Shown piece after piece: positions 7,704-18,594 of a stretch of DNA of 19,081 bases. Numbering within the stretch: position 1 is the first letter of the stretch; each line of letters begins with the position of its first letter. Position numbers and translations under genes: made by a program. The notes beneath the pieces are model-generated. The model saw nothing but the letters and a program-made list of their open reading frames with translations. It searched no databases and was not told where the DNA came from. This DNA is from a virus (lineage: Duplodnaviria; Heunggongvirae; Uroviricota; Caudoviricetes). The stretch lies in the IMG/VR virus record IMGVR_UViG_2585427764_000003; one strand, written 5' to 3'.

Positions 7704-10261
7704 CGTCCACCTCCGGAGAACAGGCCACCATCACGCATCTGTGTCTGAATTTCATCACGGGCACCCTTGCGGGCCATGTCATACACCGTCTTCAGAGCAG
7801 CCGGACCTATCTGCCCGTTCGTGCCGTCGTTGTTAATCACCACATGGTTATTCTGCTCAAACGTCCCGGACGCCTGCGACCGGCTGTCTGCCAGACTGCC
7901 CGGTGTACCGACATAACCGCCGGTGGCATAGCCGCGCATCAGCCGGTAGAGATTCCCCACGCCAATCCGGCTGGTTGCCTCCTTCGTGAAGACAAATTCA
8001 CCACGGTGAACAATCCCCGCTGGCTCATATTTGCCGCCGGTTCCCGTAAATCCCCCGGTCGCAAAATGGAATTTCGCAGCAGCTGCCTGAATGGCTGTAC
8101 CGCCTGACGCGGATGCGCCGCCACCAACAGCCCCGCCAATGGCGCTGCCGATACTCCCGACAATCCCCACCATTGCCTGCTTAAGCAGAATTTCTGTCAT
8201 CATGGACAGCACGGAACGGGTGAAGCTGCGCCAGTTCTGCTCACTGCCGGTCAGCATCGCCGCCATATTCTGTGCAATACCATCAAAGGTCTGCGTGGCT
8301 GCACTTTTAACCTGCGACATACTGTCCGTGGCGCTCTCTTCCCACTCACTCCAGCCGGACTTCAGGCCTGCCATCCAGCTCCCGCGAAGCTGGTCTTCAG
8401 CCGCCCAGGTCTTTTTCTGCTCTGACATGACGTTATTCAGCGCCAGCGGATTATCGCCATACTGTTCCTTCAGGCGCTGTTCCGTGGCTTCCCGTTCTGC
8501 CTGCCGGTCAGTCAGCCCCCGGCTTTTCGCATCAATGGCGGCCCGTTTTGCCCGTTGCTGCTGTGCGAATTTATCCGCCTGCTGCGCCAGCGCGTTCAGG
8601 CGCTCCTGATACGTAACCTTGTCGCCAAGTGCAGCCAGCTGGCGTTTGTACTCCAGCGTCTCATCTTTATGCGCCAGCAGGGATTTCTCCTGTGCAGACA
8701 GCTGGCGACGTTGCGCCGCCTCCTCCAGTACCGCGAACTGACTCTCCGCCTTCCACAAATCCCGGCGCTGCTGGCTGATTTTCTCATTTGCTCCGGCATG
8801 CTTCTCCAGCGTCCGGAGTTCAGCCTGAAGCGTCAGCAGGGCAGCATGAGCACTGTCTTCCTGACGATCGCCCGCAGACACCTTCACGCCGGACTGTTTC
8901 GGCTTTTTCAGCGTCGCTTCATAATCCTTTTTCGCCGCCGCCATCAGCGTGTTGTAATCTGCCTGCAGGATTTTCCCGTCTTTCAGTGCCTTATTCAGTT
9001 CCTCCTGACGGGCGGTATATTTCTCCAGCGGTGTCTGCAGGCGTTCGTAAGCCTTCTGTGCCTCTTCGGTATATTTCAGCCGTGACGCTTCGGTATCGCT
9101 CTGCTGCTGCGCATTTTTGTCCTGTTGACTCTGCTGCTCAGCCTTCTTTCGGGCGGCTTCAAGCGCAAGACGGGCCTTTTCACGATCATCCCAGTAACGC
9201 GCCCGCGCTTCATCGTTAACAAAATAATCATCCTTGCGCAGATTCCAGATGTCGTCTGCTTTCTTAAACGCAGCCTCTGCCTTAATCAACATCTCCTGCG
9301 CGGTATCAGGACGACCAATATCCAGCACCGCATCCCACATGGATTTGAATGCCCGCGCTGTCCTGTCTGCCCAGGTCTCCAGCGTGCCCATGTTCTCTTT
9401 CAGGCGGCGGGTCTGGTCATCAAACCCTTTCGTCGCGGCCTCGTTCGCCGCCTGCAATGCCCCGGCTTCTTCGCCGGAACGCTGCAACTGAGCAACATAC
9501 GCAATCTGCTCCGCCGTCACGTTATGGAACTGGCGCGCCATCGCTGTCAGCCCCGACGTCGGGTCAGTGGTCAGCTTCCCGAAGGCTTCAGCGACCTTGT
9601 CCACCTCCACGCCGGATGCAGAGGAGAAACGCGCCACACTCTGGCTGATGGACGCAATCTGAGCCTCACCGCTTACCCCCGCCTTAACCAGTGCGCTGAG
9701 TGACTCGCTGGTCTGGTTAAACGTCAGCCCTGCCGCCTGCCCGGCTCTGGACAGGACCAGCATACGATCTGCCGTCAGCCCGGCCTGATTGCCGGAAAGG
9801 ACCAGCGTTTTGTTGAAATCGGACAGGGTTGAGTTGCCCTGATACCAGGCATACGCCAGCGCACCGGTCGCCACCGCCAGCGAGGTGGCCCCGACCATCG
9901 GCAGGGTGATCGCACCGGCAAGCACCCTGAACATGGGGATCATCCCGCCGAAGGAGTCCTTCACCTGACCCCCCTGTTGCAGCAGGATCAGCCACGGACT
10001 CTGCTCGCCTGCAAGCTGCGTGGCCACGTCGGTGAACTGCGCAGGCAGCATACGCATGGCGGCTTTATACTGCCCGACGGAAATTCCCGCTTTCTGTGCA
10101 GCCAGCGCCTGCCGGTTCATCGACTGTTCAACGACTGCCGCTGTTTTTTTCGCATCACTTTCCGTACCGGAAAAATGACGCCTGACTCTGGCCATCTGCT
10201 CGTCAAATCTGGCCGCATCCAGACTCAAATCAACGACCAGATCGCCTACCGGTTCAGCCAT
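7700..10261 (-). CDS. H: Tail tape measure protein H
   Basis: 853-aa ORF MAEPVGDLVVDLSLDAARFDEQMARVRRHF... with long coiled-coil central region and Gly-rich C-terminus; same length as lambda gpH. Confidence 0.93.
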   Translation of the reverse strand: MAEPVGDLVVDLSLDAARFDEQMARVRRHFSGTESDAKKTAAVVEQSMNRQALAAQKAGISVGQYKAAMRMLPAQFTDVATQLAGEQSPWLILLQQGGQVKDSFGGMIPMFRVLAGAITLPMVGATSLAVATGALAYAWYQGNSTLSDFNKTLVLSGNQAGLTADRMLVLSRAGQAAGLTFNQTSESLSALVKAGVSGEAQIASISQSVARFSSASGVEVDKVAEAFGKLTTDPTSGLTAMARQFHNVTAEQIAYVAQLQRSGEEAGALQAANEAATKGFDDQTRRLKENMGTLETWADRTARAFKSMWDAVLDIGRPDTAQEMLIKAEAAFKKADDIWNLRKDDYFVNDEARARYWDDREKARLALEAARKKAEQQSQQDKNAQQQSDTEASRLKYTEEAQKAYERLQTPLEKYTARQEELNKALKDGKILQADYNTLMAAAKKDYEATLKKPKQSGVKVSAGDRQEDSAHAALLTLQAELRTLEKHAGANEKISQQRRDLWKAESQFAVLEEAAQRRQLSAQEKSLLAHKDETLEYKRQLAALGDKVTYQERLNALAQQADKFAQQQRAKRAAIDAKSRGLTDRQAEREATEQRLKEQYGDNPLALNNVMSEQKKTWAAEDQLRGSWMAGLKSGWSEWEESATDSMSQVKSAATQTFDGIAQNMAAMLTGSEQNWRSFTRSVLSMMTEILLKQAMVGIVGSIGSAIGGAVGGGASASGGTAIQAAAAKFHFATGGFTGTGGKYEPAGIVHRGEFVFTKEATSRIGVGNLYRLMRGYATGGYVGTPGSLADSRSQASGTFEQNNHVVINNDGTNGQIGPAALKTVYDMARKGARDEIQTQMRDGGLFSGGGR

Positions 10262-10688
10262 ACCGGACTCCTCCTGCGATCCCTTCTGATACTGTCATCA
10301 GCATTACATCATCCTCCGTCATGTCCGCCACATCCGGGGAAGCGGGGATAACTTCATTCCCGTCCGGGCCAAAACGAACGCCTCCGGCAAGCCCTGCCGC
10401 TTTCTGCATCAGCACATCATCTTCAGGCTCTTCGTCAGCCTCACGCCGGTTCAGCAAACTGAAATCCAGCGGATGCATATCCGGATCGCTGAAAAACAGG
10501 CTGAGCACGGTGTACGTCAGCCCGGAAAAGTGCATATCCAGCAGAACATCATGAAAATAATGGGTACTGTAAAAGCGGTGCCAGTCGGCATACTCCGTGG
10601 ATGACATCCCGGCAAGCATGGCACGCCAGTCGGGTCGCCCCATCTCACGCGCCAGTTTCAGGGCAAAACTCAGCTCACCGTCGAACAC
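10254..10688 (-). CDS. T: T segment of the tail assembly chaperone G-T fusion (expressed only via programmed -1 frameshift from G)
   Basis: ORF (V)FDGELSFALKLAREMGRPDWRAMLAGMSS... starts at the slippery site and overlaps the H start by 8 nt as in lambda. Confidence 0.85.
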   Translation of the reverse strand: MFDGELSFALKLAREMGRPDWRAMLAGMSSTEYADWHRFYSTHYFHDVLLDMHFSGLTYTVLSLFFSDPDMHPLDFSLLNRREADEEPEDDVLMQKAAGLAGGVRFGPDGNEVIPASPDVADMTEDDVMLMTVSEGIAGGVRYG

Positions 10689-11092
10689 TTTCCCGCAGAA
10701 ACAGGCTCTGCAGGCCCGGCGTCCTCTGCCTGTTCAGGGGCATCATTCACCACAAACTCATACATACCGGACAGCCGGTACACCACGTTTTCAGCATGAG
10801 AAATTGCCTCTGTGGGCCAGGTGGTAAGCACTTCCTGCTCAATCTGTTTAACGGCTTCATTCATGGACGGCATCTGCGTCTTCTGCGGATGGTTATGCCA
10901 CAGGGACATCGCCACCAGAAACGCGCCGGTTCTGATGGCGTCTTCCACAGTAAACTTCCGGTTGCTGTCTGACTCCGCCTGTTCTGCCTGCCGTTTCATC
11001 AGGGCGAGATGCTCAATGCGCTGCAGGGCTGACAGTTCAGAAAGCGTGACGGTCACACCGTTATGTTCAAATGATTCGGTTTTCAGGAACAT
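10670..11092 (-). CDS. G: Tail assembly chaperone G
   Basis: 140-aa ORF MFLKTESFEHNGVTVTLSELSALQRIEHLALMKRQ...AGKCSTVS; same length as lambda gpG; 15-nt gap to V as in lambda. Confidence 0.92.
   Translation of the reverse strand: MFLKTESFEHNGVTVTLSELSALQRIEHLALMKRQAEQAESDSNRKFTVEDAIRTGAFLVAMSLWHNHPQKTQMPSMNEAVKQIEQEVLTTWPTEAISHAENVVYRLSGMYEFVVNDAPEQAEDAGPAEPVSAGKCSTVS
10688..10694 (-). other. Programmed -1 ribosomal frameshift slippery heptamer GGGAAAG (G to G-T)
   Basis: Plus strand CTTTCCC at 10688-10694 is GGGAAAG on the minus strand, located 5 codons before the G stop codon, exactly where the T frame opens. Confidence 0.8.
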
Positions 11093-11107
11093 CGCTGACT
11101 CTCCGGA

Positions 11108-11848
11108 TTAACTGTCGGTGACGGTGATTTCTGCAACCACAGCAAGTTCACCATTACCGGATACAACCGGAATGTTGACCTTGCCTGCAGCAACACCTTT
11201 CACGGTGATGGTCATACCACTGACCGACACGGTGGCTTTTGTTTTATCCGCAGACACCGCACGAAAGCTCTTGTCGGTTACGCCCTCCGGCTGGAAGGCC
11301 ACGGTCAGCGTGGTGCTCTGCCCTTTCACCACCGAGGTGCTGGCAGGCGTCACGGTCATGCCGGTTGCCGCTGTTACCGTGCTGCGATCTTCTGCCATCG
11401 ACGGACGTCCCACATTGGTGACTTTCACCGTGCGGGTGATCACTTCCTTCGCCGTCACCGCCTTACCGATACTGCTGACCCAGCCACGGAACACATCGAC
11501 CGTGCCGTTCGGGAAGCGGATTTTATAGGCACGGGTATCCCCTTCATTAAACCACGCCAGCAGCGCCTGCTGCCCCTGCTCTCCGGGCATCCACGCCAGC
11601 GTGAAGCTGGTATCTCCGGCAGATTTCTGCCCCTGCCCGGTCGCAGTCCAGTCCGCATCTTCATCATCGAGATAGCTGTCGTCATAGGACTCAGCGGTCA
11701 GTTCGCCGGGCGTCAGGTCTTTAACTTTAGCCAGACGCGACCAGTCAACGTCTGAAAGCGGGTTCGCATAAGGGTCACCGTTCCCCTTATAAACCCACAG
11801 TGTGGTCCCGGCCCCTTTCACCGGCATTACTGGATTTGGTACAGGCAT
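11108..11848 (-). CDS. V: Major tail tube protein V (with C-terminal Ig-like domain)
   Basis: Product from [22 protein letters not shown]... (246 aa). The ORF-track start at 11878 is an upstream in-frame extension that would overlap U; a start at 11848 gives the 7-nt U-V gap seen in lambda. Confidence 0.9.
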   Translation of the reverse strand: MPVPNPVMPVKGAGTTLWVYKGNGDPYANPLSDVDWSRLAKVKDLTPGELTAESYDDSYLDDEDADWTATGQGQKSAGDTSFTLAWMPGEQGQQALLAWFNEGDTRAYKIRFPNGTVDVFRGWVSSIGKAVTAKEVITRTVKVTNVGRPSMAEDRSTVTAATGMTVTPASTSVVKGQSTTLTVAFQPEGVTDKSFRAVSADKTKATVSVSGMTITVKGVAAGKVNIPVVSGNGELAVVAEITVTDS

Positions 11849-11855
11849 ATCGTCC

Positions 11856-12251
11856 TCACATTTCATAGGTAATGACATAAGTCAGATCGGCTGAACTCCA
11901 CAGGCCCGCATCATCGTCGCGCCGGTAGTCATAGCCACTGGCCACCATACTGGTGATCAAATCTGACAGTGCCGGGACATCGCTCATCACCGGATAAATC
12001 CGGGACTCCATCCACGAATCCAGCTCTGAATCCGGCACCTGAGCAGGCAGGAAAACTTCAATATGCAGCTCCGCCTGCCAGGTATCGCTGTCCAGCTCTT
12101 CGCCCGTGTATTCAGCGCCGGTGAGATAAACGGCAATTGCCGGAAAATCCGCCTCATCAAAAACAGCGGGGCGACCATCAAAAAGCGTCGCCCCGGTGTC
12201 ATGCTTCTCCAGTGCATCCAGTACGGCTGCACGGAGTTCAGTATGTTTCAT
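11856..12251 (-). CDS. U: Tail terminator protein U
   Basis: 131-aa [51 protein letters not shown]...; same length as lambda gpU. Confidence 0.92.
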   Translation of the reverse strand: MKHTELRAAVLDALEKHDTGATLFDGRPAVFDEADFPAIAVYLTGAEYTGEELDSDTWQAELHIEVFLPAQVPDSELDSWMESRIYPVMSDVPALSDLITSMVASGYDYRRDDDAGLWSSADLTYVITYEM

Positions 12252-12826
12252 CGCTTTATTACCATTCTCAGTTGATGCTGCAGCGCATAGCCCAGCTCTT
12301 TCGGAAGACGTTCACGCCGTATCCGCTCAATATTTTGTTTAAACGCCGTGGTCAGCGGCACCGCCATCGGGATTTTCACCACATCAATGGGGTAACGGTT
12401 TTTCCCGGCCACACGCTGCATGACATGCCACCGGCCATTTTTCAGTTGCTGAATAAACGCGCCGGGAATACGACGGTTACCCACCACAAGCACGCTGCCG
12501 CCACCTTTCAGGGATGAACGCTGCCCCTTTTTACGACGCCTGCGGCGCGAAAGGACAACCCGCGCATTACCCAGCTTGATTACGGGCAAATCCCCCCGGT
12601 TAACTTTGATTCTGGCCTGCGGATTTTTGACCGTGGCCCTTTTCAGCCTGGCCCTTTCCTTTACCAGTTTCCGGCGTACCTTTGTCTCACGGGCAACCTG
12701 TGACGCCGACTGCGATATCGCGGATGAAGCAACGCGGTTAATGGCCATTGCGGCGGCACCAGGCACCGCCGTTTTGCTGATACGGCTGAGGTTTTCAACG
12801 GCCTGCTCAAGACCTTTTATGGCCAT
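12248..12826 (-). CDS. Z: Tail completion protein Z
   Basis: 192-aa ORF MAIKGLEQAVENLSRISKTAVPGAAAMAINRVASS...; same length as lambda gpZ; ATGA overlap with U. Confidence 0.92.
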   Translation of the reverse strand: MAIKGLEQAVENLSRISKTAVPGAAAMAINRVASSAISQSASQVARETKVRRKLVKERARLKRATVKNPQARIKVNRGDLPVIKLGNARVVLSRRRRRKKGQRSSLKGGGSVLVVGNRRIPGAFIQQLKNGRWHVMQRVAGKNRYPIDVVKIPMAVPLTTAFKQNIERIRRERLPKELGYALQHQLRMVIKR

Positions 12827-12837
12827 ACATCCCCCTT

Positions 12838-13191
12838 TCAGCGGCGACGGTTAACGGCAGGCGGCACGCCACGCCCAAGCCAGAGATGACAGCTTCCGCC
12901 ATCATCCGGCGAAATCCGGTCCACCCAGAAGTTTTCCTCGCCGATGGTCAGTGTGTCTCCACGCCGCAGCTGCCGCACATCATCAGTCCGGACAAACAGG
13001 GACGGGCTGGAGCCTTCAACGCGCACCCCCTGTCCGGCATAGCTGATATTTTCAGGGTCATCAAAAACACCACGTATCACAGCACCGGACAGCTCACCGG
13101 ATGTCATGGTGGCTGACGTTCCCATGTACCCGCGTATCGTTTCATCGGCGCGGGCAATGGCAGCATCGAACAGGTTATCGGAATCAGCCAC
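12838..13191 (-). CDS. FII: Head-tail connector protein FII
   Basis: 117-aa ORF MADSDNLFDAAIARADETIRGYMGTSATMTSGE...GRGVPPAVNRRR; 11-nt gaps on both sides as in lambda. Confidence 0.92.
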   Translation of the reverse strand: MADSDNLFDAAIARADETIRGYMGTSATMTSGELSGAVIRGVFDDPENISYAGQGVRVEGSSPSLFVRTDDVRQLRRGDTLTIGEENFWVDRISPDDGGSCHLWLGRGVPPAVNRRR

Positions 13192-13202
13192 AGCGCCTCC
13201 CG

Positions 13203-13598
13203 TTATTGCATTCTGGCCAGGCCATGTTCTGTCATTTCGGCTGCCACACCGGCAGAGACACGAAACGCCGTTCCCGGCAGCACAAATGCCACAGCCTCAT
13301 CCCGCGTGGCGTGAAGTGCATCAGTATGCAGCGTCACCAGTGCCACGACCGTGACCAGAGCAGCCGTATCAATCACGGTATCCGGCTGCGCTGATACCAC
13401 CTCATTTTCATGTCCGGTCAGCGCATTTTCCGGGCTGACAGATGTGTCCTGACCAGCAGCGTCATCCGTGTCATCAAGCTCCTCTTCCAGCTCTGCCACA
13501 CGGAGTGCCAGTTCTTCTTTCGTCCCCGTCAGGCTGACATCACGGTTCAGTTGCTCACCCAGCACCTGAAGACGGGCAATCAGTTCATCTTTCGTCAT
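13203..13598 (-). CDS. FI: DNA packaging / head completion protein FI
   Basis: Product from MTKDELIARLQVLGEQLNRDVSLTGTKEELALRVAELEEELDD... (132 aa). The ORF-track start at 13637 is an upstream extension; a start at 13598 gives the 41-nt E-FI gap of lambda. Confidence 0.88.
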   Translation of the reverse strand: MTKDELIARLQVLGEQLNRDVSLTGTKEELALRVAELEEELDDTDDAAGQDTSVSPENALTGHENEVVSAQPDTVIDTAALVTVVALVTLHTDALHATRDEAVAFVLPGTAFRVSAGVAAEMTEHGLARMQ

Positions 13599-13639
13599 AG
13601 ACTCCTCCACAGAGAGAAAATGGCCCCGAAGGGCCATGA

Positions 13640-14665
13640 TTACGCCAGTTGTACGGACACGAACGCATCAGGGTCAGCCAGCAGCATCAGCGGTGCTGAC
13701 TGAATCATGGTGAACTCACGCGCCGGATCGCCGGTGGTCACCCAGTTTTTCGGGTAGCGGGCAGAGGCGTTAATACCTTCGCGCTGTGCGTCCGCATCCT
13801 GAATGCAGCCATAGGTGCGCAGACCGCGTGCCTGAGTGTTCCCCAGCACCATCGTGTTGTCCGGAAGGAAGTTCTTTTTGACGTCGTTTTCCACGTACTG
13901 TCCGGAATACACGACGATCGCCGTATCGCCATACATCCCCTTATAGGACACCGCTTCGCCCAGGTCTTTTACCGCTGTCTCCAGCTCGGAATTAGAGCCG
14001 CGACGGGTATCCAGCTTCTCCTTGACGGCTTTGAAGGAACGGAACAGCGCCCAGCCTTTCGGATCAAACACGATGATATTCACCACTCCGCTGGCGTTCA
14101 GCGCATAGGCTTCGATATCGTCGGTCGGGTCATACGTGGACTTGTCACGCTTGCTCCACTCCGTACCACCGGACTGTGTGATGTTGTTCGCCGCACTGCG
14201 GCCCATATCCACCTCAACCGGATCGAAGGCTTCACCGGTCATGGTGTATTTGCCCTTAAGCACAGCAGAAACTGCCTGCATCTCTTCGACCTGAGCAATG
14301 GCCAGCTCTTCGTCTCGCATGTTCTGCATGATGATGCGACGGCGGCGGTAAGCCGGGTCCGCCAGATTCTGCGGATCTTCATCCGGCAGGCGACGCAGGG
14401 TCATCTGCGGATTCACCTCATGCTTCGGCTTGACATATCCCGGTGTAAATTCAGAGGTGGAGCCGCCACGGGAGCGGATAACCTCACCGGAAACAATCGG
14501 CGAAACGTACAGCGCCATGTTTACCAGTCCCGGAATTTGTGAGAGATAGACTTTCTCCGTGGTGAAGGGATAGCTCTCACGGAAAAAGAGACGCAGAAAC
14601 AGCGGATCAAACTTAAATTTCTTCTCATTTGCCGCCAGCAGCTGGGCGGTTGTGTACATCGACAT
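13640..14665 (-). CDS. E: Major capsid protein E; own ATG at 14663-14665, but the reading frame is open upstream into C (no stop between C and E)
   Basis: 341 codons MSMYTTAQLLAANEKKFKFDPLFLRLFFRESYPFTTEKVYLSQIPG...DPDAFVSVQLA, near-identical to lambda gpE as recalled. Forms the 3' part of the 830-codon track ORF 13640..16132. Confidence 0.9.
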   Translation of the reverse strand: MSMYTTAQLLAANEKKFKFDPLFLRLFFRESYPFTTEKVYLSQIPGLVNMALYVSPIVSGEVIRSRGGSTSEFTPGYVKPKHEVNPQMTLRRLPDEDPQNLADPAYRRRRIIMQNMRDEELAIAQVEEMQAVSAVLKGKYTMTGEAFDPVEVDMGRSAANNITQSGGTEWSKRDKSTYDPTDDIEAYALNASGVVNIIVFDPKGWALFRSFKAVKEKLDTRRGSNSELETAVKDLGEAVSYKGMYGDTAIVVYSGQYVENDVKKNFLPDNTMVLGNTQARGLRTYGCIQDADAQREGINASARYPKNWVTTGDPAREFTMIQSAPLMLLADPDAFVSVQLA

Positions 14666-15977
14666 AAAAAAATCCCGTAAAAAAAAGCCGCACAGGCGGC
14701 CTTTAGTGATGAAGGATGCCGGGTTACCTGCAGCCAGCGGTGCCGGTGCCCCCTGCATCAGACGATCCAGCGCAGTGTCACTGCGCGCCTGTGCACTCTG
14801 TGGTGCAGCTGCCAGAATGCGGCGGGCCGTTTCCACGGTCATACCGGGGGTTTCTGCCAGCACGCGGGCCTGTTCTTCGCGTCCGTGAGCCTCCTCACAG
14901 TTGAGGATCCCCATAATGCGGCTGTTTTCTGCCGCAACCGCAGCGGTGATCTGCGCGTTCACGTCCGGCTGCGCCGCGCTGGCGTTTTCGCCCTCCGTCG
15001 CTGGCACCACGTCAGTAACGTCAGTCTGCGAAGCAGTGGCTGAAACAGTTGTTGATTGAGTCTCTTTGGTCATTCGCCCTCCTGAGAGACGGGATTTACG
15101 CGCATCCAGTGCATCACGCATGACGGTGATCGCATCGGTGCTGTTAACAAGTTCATCAGCCAGTCCGACATCAATGGCCTCCTGACCGCTGTACACTGCA
15201 GCCTCGGTATCCAGCACAGCCTGCACAGACAGGCCGGTATATGCCGACACCTTCTGCGCAAACATCTGGCGGGTTGCGTCCATCCGGGACTGCAGTGTCT
15301 CCCGGACGTCATCCGGAAGATGGCTGTAGGGATTGCCATCCACCTTATGGCTGCCGCTGTAAATCAGCGTGATTTCCACCCCCTGTTTCTCCAGGGCAGC
15401 ACCGTAATTACTGTGAGCCATCATGACGCCGATGGAGCCTGTCCGGGCGGTCTGCGTGACCAGACGCCGGGAGGCGGCACTGGCAAGCAGCTGACCTGCA
15501 CTGCAGTTCATGTCGTTGGCCAGCGCCCATACCGGTTTTATGTCTCGCACACGGGCGATGATGTCAGCGCAGTCAAATGCCCCCGCCACCATTCCGCCTG
15601 GCGTGTCCATATCGAGCAGAATGCCGTCCACCATCGGGTCGCTGGCAGCCTGTTGCAGACGGGCGATAATGCCGTTGTAACCGGTCATCCCCGAGTACGG
15701 CTGCAGCGCCCGCGTCCGGCTGACCAGCGTGCCGGACACCGGCAGCACGGCGATGCCGTTCATGACCTGATAACTGCGGGCCTGTCGTGGCCCGTCATCA
15801 TTACCGGATAACGCCAGCGTCGCGGGTGCCTCTCCGGCAGTCAGGCTGTCACCGGACACCGCATCCGTCAGGCGGCTGATCCCCAGCTGGCCTGCAAGCG
15901 CACAAAAGAAAACCCGCGCATAGGCGGGTTCAAGCATCAGCGGCTCATTAAAGGCCATACTGGCAATATGCGGGAGA

Positions 15978-15997
<20 letters not shown>
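14666..15997 (-). pseudogene. C: Head protease/minor capsid protein C with embedded scaffold Nu3, 3'-truncated (about 428 of 439 codons, no stop) and fused in frame to E through a 16-codon linker
   Basis: GTG start at 15995-15997 preceded by SD AGGAGG; 20-nt overlap with the B stop as in lambda; product VTAELRNLPHIASMAFNEPLMLEPAYARVFF...APLAAGNPAS then FITKGRLCGFFLRDFF then MSMY (E). The interval between C start and E start is 1332 nt here versus 1717 nt in lambda as recalled. Confidence 0.8.

Positions 15998-18594
<2,597 letters not shown>

Noticed and set aside
7442-10351. Plus-strand ORFs antisense to H, M and T (for example 7442..8107, 8091..8609, 8555..9085, 9125..9703)
   Set aside because: All lie opposite the tape measure and neighbouring genes, which are full-length and lambda-like; the long open antisense frames are expected from the codon bias of the H coiled-coil region.
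11849-11878. Upstream extension of V to 11878 ([10 protein letters not shown]...) and of FI to 13637 (MALRGHFLSVEES...)
   Set aside because: The internal Met codons at 11848 and 13598 reproduce lambda protein N-termini and lambda intergenic spacings; the extensions overlap the upstream genes.
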